Positions 21,420 through 32,564 are shown, numbered from the stretch's first letter. The stretch: DNA of 64,000 nucleotides from Cyanobacteriota bacterium (GCA_046045965.1 JBJOKS010000007.1:112307-176306), one strand, 5' to 3'. Notes: generated from the letters alone by a model not told the origin. A program made the numbers and translations.

Positions 21420-23051
21420 GTGACATCATCTGTATTTGACTCCGAAAGGCTTTTATTTACCCCAGCAACCCCTAAAACTGACGCTATTCCTTTGATTTTC
21501 GCTTTTCCAAATGAGTACACTGTGGGAATAACCAGTCTTGGTTATCAGGTGGTTTGGGCAACTTTAGCTATGCGTGATGATTTACAGGTAAGTCGTTTAT
21601 TTACTGATACTCAGGAACAACTTCCTAGACATCCAGAAATTTTAGGTTTTTCTATGTCTTGGGAATTAGATTATGTGAATATTTTCAATCTTTTGGAATC
21701 TTTACAAATTCCCCTGCGTGCAACTAATAGAACTGAAAATCATCCTCTGGTTTTTGGTGGTGGACCTGTTCTCACAGCTAACCCTGAACCTTTTGCAGAT
21801 TTTTTTGATGTGATTTTATTAGGTGATGGCGAAATTTTATTAGGTAGTTTTATTGAAGCTTATAAGGAAGTTAGAAACGCAACGCGGGAAGTTAAATTAA
21901 AAAGATTAGCACAAGTTCCAGGAATTTATATTCCTAGTTTATATAATATTGAATATTCTAGCAATGATGGTGAGATAAAATCAATTTATCCCATTCATTC
22001 TGATATTACCCCAGTTATTCAAAAGCAAACTTACCGGGGAAATACTCTTTCTGCTTCTACTGTTGTCACAGAAAAAGCAGCATGGGAAAATATTTTTATG
22101 GTGGAAGTGGTGCGGAGTTGTCCCGAAATGTGCCGCTTTTGTTTAGCGAGTTATTTAACTTTACCTTTTAGAACTGCGAGTTTAGAAAGTTCTTTAATTC
22201 CTGCTATTGAACAAGGTTTAAAAGTTACTAACCGTCTGGGTTTATTGGGTGCTTCGGTTACACAACATCCTGAATTTTCGGAATTATTAGATTATATTAG
22301 TCAACCAAAATATGATGATGTGCGGTTGAGTGTTGCTTCTGTGAGAACGAATACGGTAACGGAAAAGTTAGCTGCAACTTTAGCAAAACGTGATACTCGT
22401 TCTTTGACAATTGCTATAGAAAGTGGTTCGGATAAATTACGCCAAATCATCAATAAAAAATTATATAATGAGGAAATTATCCAAGCAGCGATAAATGCAA
22501 AAGCTGGGGGTTTATCAAGTTTAAAATTATATGGCATGGTGGGTATTCCTGGGGAAGAACCAGAAGATTTAGATGCAACGGTAGCAATGATGAAGGCTGT
22601 AAAAAAAGATGCTCCTGGATTGCGGTTAACGCTGGGATGCAGTACATTTGTACCTAAGTCACACACGCCTTTTCAATGGTTTGGGGTAAATAAACAATCT
22701 GAAAAGCGGTTACAATCTTTACAAAAACAGTTAAAACCACAAGGTATAGATTTTCGTCCAGAAAGTTATAATTGGTCTGTTATTCAAGCTTTGTTATCGA
22801 GAGGCGATCGCAGACTCTCTTATCTGTTAGAATTAACTCGTGATTTTGGTGATTCTTTGGGAAGTTATAAACGCGCTTTCAAAGAATTAAAAGGCAAAAT
22901 TCCCGATTTAGATTATTACGTTTATAGTCATTGGTCAACTGAGCAAATTTTGCCTTGGAATCACTTGCAAGGACCATTACCACAGTCTACACTAATAAAG
23001 CATTTGCATGAAGCAATGAGTTATTTTCGCGTTGCTTCCCCTGTCAAATAA
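21420..23051 (+). CDS. Radical SAM protein with B12-binding-like N-terminal domain
   Basis: CPEMCRFC (CX3CX2C); GGPVLTANPEP...GDGE. Confidence 0.92.
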   Translation: MTSSVFDSERLLFTPATPKTDAIPLIFAFPNEYTVGITSLGYQVVWATLAMRDDLQVSRLFTDTQEQLPRHPEILGFSMSWELDYVNIFNLLESLQIPLRATNRTENHPLVFGGGPVLTANPEPFADFFDVILLGDGEILLGSFIEAYKEVRNATREVKLKRLAQVPGIYIPSLYNIEYSSNDGEIKSIYPIHSDITPVIQKQTYRGNTLSASTVVTEKAAWENIFMVEVVRSCPEMCRFCLASYLTLPFRTASLESSLIPAIEQGLKVTNRLGLLGASVTQHPEFSELLDYISQPKYDDVRLSVASVRTNTVTEKLAATLAKRDTRSLTIAIESGSDKLRQIINKKLYNEEIIQAAINAKAGGLSSLKLYGMVGIPGEEPEDLDATVAMMKAVKKDAPGLRLTLGCSTFVPKSHTPFQWFGVNKQSEKRLQSLQKQLKPQGIDFRPESYNWSVIQALLSRGDRRLSYLLELTRDFGDSLGSYKRAFKELKGKIPDLDYYVYSHWSTEQILPWNHLQGPLPQSTLIKHLHEAMSYFRVASPVK

Positions 23052-23078
23052 AAACCAAAAATTCCCCAAGCTTAGATA

Positions 23079-23267
23079 ATGCAAAACACATCAGAATTTT
23101 ATTGTGCTTATTGTGGAGAAGAAAACACAACTTTTATTGATTTTAGTGCAGGAATGATGCAAAATTATATAGAAGATTGTCAAGTTTGCTGTCGTCCCAA
23201 TATTTTGTATGTCAGAATTGATGAAGATACGCTCGATATTGAAATAGACACAGAATATGAAGGTTAA
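23079..23267 (+). CDS. CPXCG-motif cysteine-rich small protein
   Basis: CAYCGE...YIEDCQVCCRP. Confidence 0.85.
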   Translation: MQNTSEFYCAYCGEENTTFIDFSAGMMQNYIEDCQVCCRPNILYVRIDEDTLDIEIDTEYEG

Positions 23268-23286
23268 AGGTTAGGTTTTTCGTTTC

Positions 23287-23736
23287 ATGCTGCACTTTAC
23301 TCATTCTTCCATTATTAATGCACCTGTTGAAATAGTTTGGAAATTCCATGAACGTCCAGATATTTTACAACTACTCACACCACCTTGGCAACCTGTACAA
23401 GTATTGCGTCGAGAAGGTGGACTTGATGAAGGTGCCATAACTGAGTTTAGGTTATTTCTGGGACCTTTACCTTTAACTTGGTTAGCGCGTCACACTGAAT
23501 TTGAAAAATATCGTCTGTTTACTGATGTACAAATATCTGGACCCTTTGAGTCTTGGGTACATCGTCATGAGTTTACAGAAGAAAATGGAAAGACAAAATT
23601 AACTGATAATATTGCTTATTCTCTTCCTGGTGGTGATGGAGTGGAATTTGTTAGCGGTTGGTTAATTCAAGTGCAGTTAGAAGCGATGTTTCGTTATCGG
23701 CATTTTATTACGAAAAGGGAGTGTGAGTCAAAATAA
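23287..23736 (+). CDS. SRPBCC/cyclase family protein
   Basis: APVEIVWKFH...LTPPW, FTDVQISGPFESWVHRHEF. Confidence 0.88.
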   Translation: MLHFTHSSIINAPVEIVWKFHERPDILQLLTPPWQPVQVLRREGGLDEGAITEFRLFLGPLPLTWLARHTEFEKYRLFTDVQISGPFESWVHRHEFTEENGKTKLTDNIAYSLPGGDGVEFVSGWLIQVQLEAMFRYRHFITKRECESK

Positions 23737-23850
23737 TTAATGATTAATTTTCATATTTCTAGTATTTTCGAGATTATGGCATTTGCGCTTTGTTTGTATA
23801 TTCACAATTGATTTTTCGGAACTTTTACAACTGATAACGGAGGAATTATC

Positions 23851-24000
23851 ATGTTAGAAGTTAAGCCACTTTTTCAAAGTTTTGAAGAATATTTAGCTTA
23901 TGATGATGGTTCAGATAAATTATATGAATTATATAATGGAGAGTTAATAGAAATGCCATATGATGACTGTGGTGAGTATCATTTGAAGCAATCATATTAA
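23851..24000 (+). pseudogene. Truncated Uma2-family endonuclease (5' fragment)
   Basis: GGAGG RBS, then [36 protein letters not shown]; family resemblance is lost after about 23958. Confidence 0.7.
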
Positions 24001-24055
24001 AATCTACCCTTTTGTGAAAGGATAGAAAATTTTCTACTGTGAATCTAATTAACAT
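23959..24055 (-). pseudogene. Truncated AAA/ABC-type ATPase (AAA_21-like) 5' fragment
   Basis: MLIRFTVENFLSF...DFNMIAS N-terminus that stops before any Walker A motif. Confidence 0.6.
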
Positions 24056-24122
24056 ATTGCTGAAGATTGAAGTAGCGAAACAATTGCTTTAATCATACTT
24101 GTAAACCAAATTTCACGTTAAA

Positions 24123-24803
24123 TTATTTTATCAATGTTGCTTGCTGTTTATCTGTTAACTCTACATCCACTTCCTTCACAGAAGGTCTTACACACAAATA
24201 AATCAACGCACCAAAAAAGGGAATCATCGCAAATAACCAAAATAATTGATTATCCTTCCAACCCCGTCGCGTCATATCATCAACTAACAAAGTTGGAAAT
24301 AATAAACTCAACATACAAAAATCTAAACTCATTACATGAATAAATCTGCTAGTTTGCCATTGTTGGATATAATCACTCCAATCTCCTTGTAAACCATAAG
24401 CAGCTAAAACACCAGCACCTAAAGTTAATAATATTCCTGTAATACGAGAATCAAATATTTTCAGAAATAGATTTTTTTGCCCTACAAATTCTTGATTTGG
24501 TTCTCTTAAAGCTAAATAAGGTAAAAGCGCAAAAGCCCCAACTGCAAAGGAAGCTGTAGCAAACGGCCAAGCGCGGATTTTTTGCCCTCTTCCATCAATA
24601 AATAATACTGAACTATATATTAAAGGCCAGATACCCATAATATTAAATAAAGCAATTATTACCGGATTAATATCTTGCCAATTTCCTGTAGAGAGATTTT
24701 TAATTAACTCAAAAGTTTCTGGGAAATTATCAGGAGGAGCAAAGAAAAAGGCGTAGGAAACAAATCCTAGCCATAATAAACCAAAAGAGATTTTTCTCAA
24801 CAT
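24123..24803 (-). CDS. Conserved membrane protein (DUF2834-like)
   Basis: Multiple TM helices; GAFALLPYLALR, FIHVMSLDF. Confidence 0.8.
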   Translation of the reverse strand: MLRKISFGLLWLGFVSYAFFFAPPDNFPETFELIKNLSTGNWQDINPVIIALFNIMGIWPLIYSSVLFIDGRGQKIRAWPFATASFAVGAFALLPYLALREPNQEFVGQKNLFLKIFDSRITGILLTLGAGVLAAYGLQGDWSDYIQQWQTSRFIHVMSLDFCMLSLLFPTLLVDDMTRRGWKDNQLFWLFAMIPFFGALIYLCVRPSVKEVDVELTDKQQATLIK

Positions 24804-24815
24804 AATTTACGCAAT

Positions 24816-25901
24816 TTACGCAGTTTGACTAAAAGCTTCTGAAAGATACTCTGCTGCTGCTGCTACAACAGCGATCGCATTTTCATAGTCTAACCGAGTT
24901 GGTCCCAAAACACCTACACTTCCCACCGTTACAGAACCTCGACGATAGCTAGAAGAAATCAAAGAACAAGTCCGAATTGGTTCTAACGGGTTTTCTGCAC
25001 CTATACGCACCGTCACCCTGGGTTTACCCATTTCCTCAATTTCTGGTTCTTCACATATTAACCGCCATAATTGTTCTTGTTCTTCTTCCAGCAGGTGCAT
25101 AATCGTTTGTACTTGCTGTACTTGGGAAAACTCCGGTTGACGCAACACCTCTCCCACACCCCGCACCATAATTTGTGTCGCCGTGGGAGCAACTGCACGT
25201 TGGAGTAATTCTGTCAAGGAACTTTTTAAGAATTCACCATAGCGTTGAAACTCTTGATCTAACTTACTCCAGTCAAGCTGGGCTAATTCCAACAGAGTAC
25301 AACCGCGCAGATGACTATTTAAAAAGTTAGAAACAATTTGTAATTCTCTATCAACTGCTTCTGGATCTGGTTGAGTTGCTGATGATGATGTAAACAGATC
25401 CATTACCTTGGAATGTGTCTCATAACCATCCGTCACTACTATCAGCATAATTTTTCCGGCTTCGACTTGCAAAAGTTGCAAATGTCTTAACTGTGCTGTA
25501 TTAGTTTGAGGCATGGTAATTAAAGTAATGCAGCCGCTTAATGTTGCCAAGATTTGAGCCGCACCTTGTAACAAAGCTTCCAAACTCCAATCATCCCAAT
25601 GTAGGCGCTGTTGTAATGTTGATTCAACCTCTTTAGCTAATATTTCCGACGGTTTCATCAACTTGTCAACATATATACGATAACCCGAATCAGAAGGTAC
25701 TCTCCCCGCAGAAGTGTGTGGTTGGTAAAGTAAGCCCGATTTTTCCAAAACACCCATGACATTGCGGATGGTAGCGGAACTGACACCAAGATCAAATTCC
25801 TCAATTAGAGCTTTGGAACCAACAGGCTCTGCTGTAGCTATATAATGGCGTACAGTTGCCCAAAGTATATGCTGTTGTCGATTTGTCAGCTGGACTTGCA
25901 T
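24816..25901 (-). CDS. hrcA: Heat-inducible transcription repressor HrcA
   Basis: [41 protein letters not shown]. Confidence 0.96.
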   Translation of the reverse strand: MQVQLTNRQQHILWATVRHYIATAEPVGSKALIEEFDLGVSSATIRNVMGVLEKSGLLYQPHTSAGRVPSDSGYRIYVDKLMKPSEILAKEVESTLQQRLHWDDWSLEALLQGAAQILATLSGCITLITMPQTNTAQLRHLQLLQVEAGKIMLIVVTDGYETHSKVMDLFTSSSATQPDPEAVDRELQIVSNFLNSHLRGCTLLELAQLDWSKLDQEFQRYGEFLKSSLTELLQRAVAPTATQIMVRGVGEVLRQPEFSQVQQVQTIMHLLEEEQEQLWRLICEEPEIEEMGKPRVTVRIGAENPLEPIRTCSLISSSYRRGSVTVGSVGVLGPTRLDYENAIAVVAAAAEYLSEAFSQTA

Positions 25902-26236
25902 GGTATATGTTTTACTGAAGGCAAATTTTAAACAAAGGTGGACAAAAATCTTGTGGCTGGAACCGCAAAAAAAGATTAATTATTAGTTAATTCAAGATCG
26001 TAAATTATATATTTATACTATATTAGTTGAGTGCAAAGCTTCCCTTGAGAATTTATTTTGTGCGTGATTAATAATACATCATATCTGTTAGCACAAAAGA
26101 AGATAAATTTTTATCTATTTACTACATTATCTCATAATATTTATTAGCAAAGTTGTATTTTTAAATACAAAATTGTAATTGGATTTCAGTCACATTACTG
26201 ACTAATATCAAGTTGGTAACTGATAAGAATTTGTTA

Positions 26237-26297
26237 CCCCAGTCCCCAGTAAAGAGTCCCCAGTAAAGAGTCCCCAGTCCCCAATCCCTTCCAGTCC
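26237..26297. repeat. STRR1-like CCCCAGT repeats
   Basis: ccccagtccccagt...ccccaat. Confidence 0.8.
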
Positions 26298-26645
26298 CTA
26301 ATACTGAGGAATTGAAGGATCAACTAATATGGAGTAGGCAGCAATGCCACCCCTAATATTTTTAACGTTTGTAAATCCCTGATCTACTAACCACTGACAC
26401 ATCTGAGCAGAACGAATACCGTGATGACATAGCACCATAGTTTCTGCATTGGCATCAAAGCGTGTGGAAATTTCCTGATTCCACTGCTCATATTCACTCA
26501 GCGGAAGGTTGACAAAACCATTGATTTGTGCTAATGCCAGTTCTTGAGGTTCGCGTACATCAATTAATTGTACTTCAGGATCACCTTGTGCTAGGCGTTG
26601 AGCTAGTTGCTGAACGTTAATTTCGCTAAAAGATTGACCAGTCAT
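26298..26645 (-). CDS. Rhodanese-like domain protein
   Basis: LIDVREPQE, LCHHGIRS, GGIAAYS...DPSIPQY. Confidence 0.92.
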   Translation of the reverse strand: MTGQSFSEINVQQLAQRLAQGDPEVQLIDVREPQELALAQINGFVNLPLSEYEQWNQEISTRFDANAETMVLCHHGIRSAQMCQWLVDQGFTNVKNIRGGIAAYSILVDPSIPQY

Positions 26646-26676
26646 GCAGTTTTTCTAAACAATCCTATACTATTTC

Positions 26677-28395
26677 ATGGTGGCAGAAAAGCGAGAAAAT
26701 AGGTTGAATGTGAATAATCAACGCTCCTTCTTTGGTTTCTTGGTAGCTGGTGTTATTGGCCTGCTAATAATTGCTATTGCTGGCTTTTACTGGTTTTTCG
26801 GGAAAAGTCCAGTCAATTTTATTACCTCTACCTCTCAACCAGGGGCAGCAATTTTTGTATCAAAAGTATCACCTGTGATGGTGTCGTTTTTAGTAAATCC
26901 CGAAGGTTTGCAATCAATAGAAAAACAAGGAGAAATTTCTCAACTCAAAAACAGTTTATTGGCAAAAACTAATATAGATTTCAACGATGATATTAAACCT
27001 TGGCTAAATAATGAAATTACATTGGCTGTTACCAGTCAAGATATAGACCGCGACCCAGAAAACGGACTACAACCAGGGTATTTGATGGCACTATCTACAA
27101 ATAACGCTACCAAAAGCCGCGAGTTTGTCGAGTTGTTATTTTCTAAACGGACTTTAGCAGGAACAAATTTAGAAGTTGAACAATACAAAGGTGTGAAATT
27201 ACTTTATGATTTTCCAGAAATAGCAACATCCAAAAAAATCCAACATCCCAAATCTAAAATCCAAAATAGTTTAGCTGGTGCGGTTGTTGATAACTTTGTT
27301 TTGTTTGCTAATGATATCAAAGTAGTGCGAGAAGCTATTAATAATATTCAAGCACCAAACTTGAATTTGAGCAGTTCTCCAGAATATCAAAAAGCTGTCA
27401 AAGAATTACCCAAAAATGCTGTAGCTGTAGCTTTCTTGAATCTGCCGAAAGTAGCACAATGGCAGGGTTTAGAATTGACAGAATCAACCTATAGTAGCCA
27501 AATTCTTTCTTTAGTATTAAATCCCCAAGGATTCTTGGCAGAAAGTACATTTTTAACACAGTCAAAAGTTACTCCTGTATCTACACCATTATCTAAACCT
27601 GTGGGTGCATTGCAGTATATTCCAGAATCAGCAGGTTTAGCAATTGCAGGAGCAAATTTAAGCAATTTACCTAATAGTGATTTAGCCAAACTTTGGCAAC
27701 AAGGAACATCAACTATTTATGGTTCTTCCCAAGAAGCTATTGCTCGTTTGTTGCAACCTTTAGTAGATGTACAAAAAAACTGGAGTTTAAACTTTAGTGA
27801 GGATATTTTTAGTTGGGTAACTGGAGAATATGCCTTAGCAATTTTACCAAATCAATTACCCAATCAAGAAAATATAACTTCTAATTGGGTGTTTGTGGTG
27901 GAAAAATCACCGCAGTTAGAACAAGGAATAGCGAAGTTAAATAGCATTGCTATTAACAACGGTTTTAATGTTAGTTCTCTTAACCTCAATAACCAAAAAA
28001 TAACAGCTTGGACAGAATTAACAACCACTCAAAAACAAGCATCTGTAAATGTTGAGGCAAAAATTAGAGGGACGCATACAAGCGTTGATAATTATGAAAT
28101 TTTCACCTCAGACTTAGGGATAATGGAAGAAATTCTTACCGATCAAGAACATCCTCTGATGGAAAATTCCAACTTTCAGGATAGTATTGCCAGCATCCCC
28201 CAACCCAACCACGGTTATGTATATATTGACTGGAAAAAAAGCCAAGGTTTTTTAGAACGTCAGCAACCTTTACTTAAATTTGTGGAACTGTTGGCTAAAC
28301 CACTATTTGACAATTTGCGATCGCTTACAGTCAGTAGTTATAGCAGTGAACCAGAAACCCTCAAAGGTGGTATCTTCTTCCAAATGGATCACTAA
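26677..28395 (+). CDS. DUF3352-like membrane-anchored protein
   Basis: N-terminal TM helix; DIKPWL..EITLA pattern. Confidence 0.8.
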   Translation: MVAEKRENRLNVNNQRSFFGFLVAGVIGLLIIAIAGFYWFFGKSPVNFITSTSQPGAAIFVSKVSPVMVSFLVNPEGLQSIEKQGEISQLKNSLLAKTNIDFNDDIKPWLNNEITLAVTSQDIDRDPENGLQPGYLMALSTNNATKSREFVELLFSKRTLAGTNLEVEQYKGVKLLYDFPEIATSKKIQHPKSKIQNSLAGAVVDNFVLFANDIKVVREAINNIQAPNLNLSSSPEYQKAVKELPKNAVAVAFLNLPKVAQWQGLELTESTYSSQILSLVLNPQGFLAESTFLTQSKVTPVSTPLSKPVGALQYIPESAGLAIAGANLSNLPNSDLAKLWQQGTSTIYGSSQEAIARLLQPLVDVQKNWSLNFSEDIFSWVTGEYALAILPNQLPNQENITSNWVFVVEKSPQLEQGIAKLNSIAINNGFNVSSLNLNNQKITAWTELTTTQKQASVNVEAKIRGTHTSVDNYEIFTSDLGIMEEILTDQEHPLMENSNFQDSIASIPQPNHGYVYIDWKKSQGFLERQQPLLKFVELLAKPLFDNLRSLTVSSYSSEPETLKGGIFFQMDH

Positions 28396-28543
28396 ACAAG
28401 CACGTTATATCCCCGACTTTTTTGAGTAGTTGGGGATCAGGAAATTTGGATCACCGGAAACAGTGATCACAGCACTACCCATTAGCTATTTTTTTACATA
28501 AGATTAGTATATACAGTTACAAAAAACTATTTGGGATTGCGCT

Positions 28544-29032
28544 ATGAAAAATCGTCGCTTTTGGCTTCAATTTCGGTGTAGCTGGCTGTTAGCTGCAATT
28601 ACTGCTATGATAGCGACACCTTTAGCAGCCCAGACAGCAAATTTTGGAACTTTGAAACTAGCACCAGGTTTTGAACCGGGACAAGGAATGGCATCAGGTT
28701 ATACAGGGGGTTCTTTCTCATTATCCGCCATGAGTAACCGCGATCGCGATAAAAAAGCCTGTATCGGTTTTGGCGATCCCAAACCTGATCACATCCTGGT
28801 TTTAGAAAAAGACTTTGATAAATTGACAATATTAATTAACAGCGGTGGTAAAGATACTACTGTCTTTATTAAAGGACCAGATGATGCAACAATTCGCTGC
28901 GGTGATGATACTGGTAGAAGTAAAGATGCGAGTGTGAGCGATCGCAATTGGAAACAAGGCATTTATCAGCTTTGGGTAGGTACATTTAACCCTGGAGTCA
29001 AACATAACTACACTTTAAAAGTCGAGGAATAG
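28544..29032 (+). CDS. Exported hypothetical protein
   Basis: Signal peptide; C.GF...PDH.L.L, CGDD, G.YQLWVG. Confidence 0.75.
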   Translation: MKNRRFWLQFRCSWLLAAITAMIATPLAAQTANFGTLKLAPGFEPGQGMASGYTGGSFSLSAMSNRDRDKKACIGFGDPKPDHILVLEKDFDKLTILINSGGKDTTVFIKGPDDATIRCGDDTGRSKDASVSDRNWKQGIYQLWVGTFNPGVKHNYTLKVEE

Positions 29033-29157
29033 GTGACAGGTGACAGGTGACAGTGAATAAGCAGGGGAGCAGGGGAGAAGATTTTTCTCAATTACCAATT
29101 ACCAATTAACGATAAAATAGGAAAGTAGCTTGTTTTGCTTTTTGGGTAATATTCTCG

Positions 29158-29910
29158 ATGCTATCTACACTACGCGCCGACTTTCGCATCATCTTTGAAC
29201 GTGATCCAGCAGCCCGGAATTGGTTAGAAGTCTTGTTTTGCTACCCAGGTTTACAAGCCTTAATCTTCCATAGACTAGCTCACTGGCTGCGTGCTATCGG
29301 TATTCCCTTTATCCCCCGTCTAATTTCTCACATCGCTCGGTTTTTAACCGGCATTGAAATTCACCCAGGTGCTGTCATTGGCAAAAGCGTATTTATTGAC
29401 CACGGTATGGGCGTTGTCATTGGTGAGACAGCCATTGTAGGAGACTACGCCCTAATTTATCAAGGCGTTACTCTCGGTGGTACTGGTAAAGAAAGCGGCA
29501 AACGTCACCCTACAGTTGGTGAAAACGTTGTCGTTGGTGCAGGTGCAAAAGTTTTAGGTAATTTGCAAATTGGTAATAATGTCCGCATCGGTGCAGGTTC
29601 AGTAGTGTTAAGAGATGTTCCTTCTAACTGCACAGTTGTAGGCATTCCCGGACGCATTATCTACCGTTCTGGAGTTCGGGTTTCTCCCCTAGAACACAAC
29701 AATTTACCAGACTCAGAAGCAGAAGTAATTCGCACTTTGGTTGACCGCATTGAAGCACTTGAAGAACAAATTCAAAATCTCCAAACTCCCGTAAAAACTC
29801 CGGTTTTAGTCGGTCAATTCATGCAAGAAAATGAATTACCAAAAGAACATAATTTCTGTAATATCAGAGATAAAAAGATTCAGGAATTTTTTGATGGTGC
29901 AGGAATTTAA
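29158..29910 (+). CDS. cysE: Serine O-acetyltransferase
   Basis: [43 protein letters not shown]. Confidence 0.96.
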   Translation: MLSTLRADFRIIFERDPAARNWLEVLFCYPGLQALIFHRLAHWLRAIGIPFIPRLISHIARFLTGIEIHPGAVIGKSVFIDHGMGVVIGETAIVGDYALIYQGVTLGGTGKESGKRHPTVGENVVVGAGAKVLGNLQIGNNVRIGAGSVVLRDVPSNCTVVGIPGRIIYRSGVRVSPLEHNNLPDSEAEVIRTLVDRIEALEEQIQNLQTPVKTPVLVGQFMQENELPKEHNFCNIRDKKIQEFFDGAGI

Positions 29911-30022
29911 CCAATGTAAGAATTCAGGAGTCAGGAGTCAGAATATTTGTTTGTAGCAGATTTAAACAAATATACAAATCATGAATACAGAATCAATAAC
30001 CAAATACCTCAAACAACAGTGA

Positions 30023-30208
30023 ATTCTATTAAACTGGTATATTCCTATTGGTGGTGAAGAGTGTATTCATGGTGTACCTGCGGGTGCAGATGAAATGATT
30101 GATGCAAAAAATAACTGGACTTTAGGTTGTCCGTCTTTAAAAAATAAAGATGTAGATGAATTATATAAATTTGTCCAGAAAGGTACAGTTGTGGAAATTT
30201 TACCTTAA
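30023..30208 (+). pseudogene. C-terminal remnant of an L,D-transpeptidase (YkuD family)
   Basis: IGGEECIHGVP...NWTLGCPSLKNKDVDELYKFVQKGTVVEILP*; in-frame TGA at 30020 and no start codon ahead of the His motif. Confidence 0.7.
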
Positions 30209-30211
30209 TGT

Positions 30212-30793
30212 TTAAGGATTAATTTCTTGATAATACCAACTTTGATTTTCATCAATTTGATAAAAAGTTCTATTTTGTGGTTCACCCCGCAATTCTAAAT
30301 GATCTACTTCTGTAGGTTCAAGTAATAATAAACAAAAATTTTCTACTGGTTCTATATTATCTGGTGCTGGTGGTGTAAACGCTTCTGGTGTTCTTACTCT
30401 CATCTCACCCGGATCAGGCCAAGCAAATTGTAAACGTGCAGCATCACTTAATTCTTGCCACATTTTCATTCTAGCTGCTTGTAAATGTGGATAAGAATTA
30501 GCAGTAATTAAAATTAATTGTCCAGCAATACGAAATTGTTCTCTAGTGTTGGGAAAATACCAGCAAATTTCTGCTGCTGTTTGTTTTGATATTTGTTCAG
30601 CTTTTGCACTGCGAATATCGGTGATGAATTTTAGCTGGTTTGTATCTTCAACAAAACCACGAAAAACTACAGTGCGGTTTGCAGGTAAACCATTTTCTCG
30701 CACGGTTGCAAGTTGTAAATAACGAGAATAAACCAAACTACGGTTTTTGTGTAAAGCGCGAGTAATTAAACTTCTCCAAGGTGCTAGGGACAT
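30212..30793 (-). CDS. FMN-binding pyridoxamine 5'-phosphate oxidase-like flavoprotein
   Basis: QLATV...PANRTVVFRGF, TDIRSAK, EQFRI.G. Confidence 0.88.
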   Translation of the reverse strand: MSLAPWRSLITRALHKNRSLVYSRYLQLATVRENGLPANRTVVFRGFVEDTNQLKFITDIRSAKAEQISKQTAAEICWYFPNTREQFRIAGQLILITANSYPHLQAARMKMWQELSDAARLQFAWPDPGEMRVRTPEAFTPPAPDNIEPVENFCLLLLEPTEVDHLELRGEPQNRTFYQIDENQSWYYQEINP

Positions 30794-30934
30794 TATTATT
30801 ACTGTAATATTTTTGTAATTTGATTTTGATTTGTTTGTTCTATAAGTATAATTTTAAATCTACTTTTTTTGAGATCCCCGACTTTTATTAATATTGAATT
30901 ATTTTGAAAAGTCGGGGTTTTGATCAGTAATAAA

Positions 30935-31795
30935 TTAATCTTGCACTTGACTTAACCAACTTTGTAAATCTTGTAAACTGGTAAAATCTAACAACGCTTC
31001 CCCAAGATTTTCTAAATTGCTCAAAGATAACTGAGCAATATTATTTTTTGCTTCCTCCGGTAACTCTCCTAAACGTCTATTTAACTGTCGCATAACTAAA
31101 TTTAAAGCACTCTCTTTGAGTCCTTCTTGTCTTCCTTCCTGTCTTCCTTCCTGTTTAATTTCTTGATAAGCGCGACTTCTTTCTAATGAAATTCCTAACA
31201 TGACTTGAACCTCCCGCAAAGTCAGATTTTCAAACCTGTACATCATGATTGTAGTAATCATTTCTAAAATCATCTCATTGGATGAATTTTCTTGATTACT
31301 CTTTGTTAATAAATACCTGGCTGCTGCTGGTGCTTGACTTTCTTTTAAAGTTGTCAGTACCATTAACCCTACCCATACAGGTAATTGTTGAATATCTCCC
31401 AACTCATCTAAATATATTCTATGCACTTGATCGCCATTAAGCAAAGAACGATGAGGAGAAATATCACTTTGTTCTATATTCCGAGATGGATATATTATAA
31501 CCGCTTGCCAGTCACTAAATCTATTACGGTTACGGTAGAAATATAAGTGAGATTCCGCAAATAATCGCTCATACAGTTGTTCATCTTTCTGAAACTGCAC
31601 CTCGCTAAAATAAACCGTACCTTTTGGTTCATTTTCTGGAGGTAAAAAAACGCCATCAATTTCAAATTTAGGTTCTTTCACCGCTACAGAATCAAATTTA
31701 TATAATTCTGCATTTTGGGGTGGGTTTTCCAATAATTGAAATAAGACAGATGGATATTGTTGGAAGAGTTTATAAAAAATAGAGTCTCTACGCAT
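30935..31795 (-). CDS. Rpn/PD-(D/E)xK nuclease-like protein (DUF2887 + DUF4351)
   Basis: MRRDSIFY.LF, IDGVFLP, EVQFQKD, EGRQEG repeats, LE.LGEALLDF. Confidence 0.88.
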   Translation of the reverse strand: MRRDSIFYKLFQQYPSVLFQLLENPPQNAELYKFDSVAVKEPKFEIDGVFLPPENEPKGTVYFSEVQFQKDEQLYERLFAESHLYFYRNRNRFSDWQAVIIYPSRNIEQSDISPHRSLLNGDQVHRIYLDELGDIQQLPVWVGLMVLTTLKESQAPAAARYLLTKSNQENSSNEMILEMITTIMMYRFENLTLREVQVMLGISLERSRAYQEIKQEGRQEGRQEGLKESALNLVMRQLNRRLGELPEEAKNNIAQLSLSNLENLGEALLDFTSLQDLQSWLSQVQD

Positions 31796-31992
31796 TAATT
31801 AAATTCCCGATTTATTTGGTTAATGAAGGCAAGAGGCTGTTTTTGTAACAACAATTAAATATAAAACTGTTGTATATTTGGTGATAATACAGGATATTTT
31901 TAAGTATAAAGTGATTTTAGCAATTTTTCATACTATAAATACTAATAGTTACCTCTACCTGTAGGCATCAAAAATTTTTCAACCGCAGAGCT

Positions 31993-32349
31993 ATGACAAT
32001 CAAAATAAAATTAATGGCTGATTATGGATGCTACCCATTATGGTGGGCTAGTTTTGATAAAGCTGGAGATATTGATCCAGAAACTATGCCATTAAGTGAA
32101 GAAATTATCAGCCGTTTGGAAAAATGGGCAGATATTTATGATGCAAAGTTGAATTGGGAAGATCCTAGTTCATCAGGTTTTTTTACTTTAGAAGCAGAAG
32201 CAGCTTTTGAACAAGAAGGTATTAGTCTATGGAAACAACTGCAAACAGAACTTGCACCTAATTATGAAGTTGTATATTTCAGTGAGCAATTACGTAAAGT
32301 TGTAACAGATATCAATGAATTAGAATCTTTACTGGCTATCAATGCTTAG
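31993..32349 (+). CDS. Hypothetical protein
   Basis: 118-aa ORF (IKLMADYGCYPLWW...). Confidence 0.75.
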   Translation: MTIKIKLMADYGCYPLWWASFDKAGDIDPETMPLSEEIISRLEKWADIYDAKLNWEDPSSSGFFTLEAEAAFEQEGISLWKQLQTELAPNYEVVYFSEQLRKVVTDINELESLLAINA

Positions 32350-32564
32350 TAGTATGATGTATAAGCTTTTTTGATAAAAATGATAGATAAAACTTTGATA
32401 ATTTTCAACCCTGGCGCACAGTCAGAGTTTTATACTTAAACTAAAATAAAGTCATAATTGACACAGAATTAGACATAGCGCAAAGTGGCAAAATGATCAA
32501 TCTTCCATCCTCTAACTACTTGGCGTTATAGTCTTAATTTGTTAGTCAGCAACAAGACCTTATT

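Noticed and set aside
21420..23267. Radical SAM plus small Cys-rich ORF as a RiPP pair, or as partner of the HExxH protein
   Set aside because: The rSAM lacks a SPASM domain and looks like a common housekeeping family; the small ORF is a CPXCG zinc-binding type; and the pair is 36 kb from the HExxH gene.
26011..26096. Possible CIRCE element upstream of hrcA
   Set aside because: Only isolated half-site-like words (gagtgcaaa, ttagcacaa) are present, without the TTAGCACTC-N9-GAGTGCTAA arrangement.
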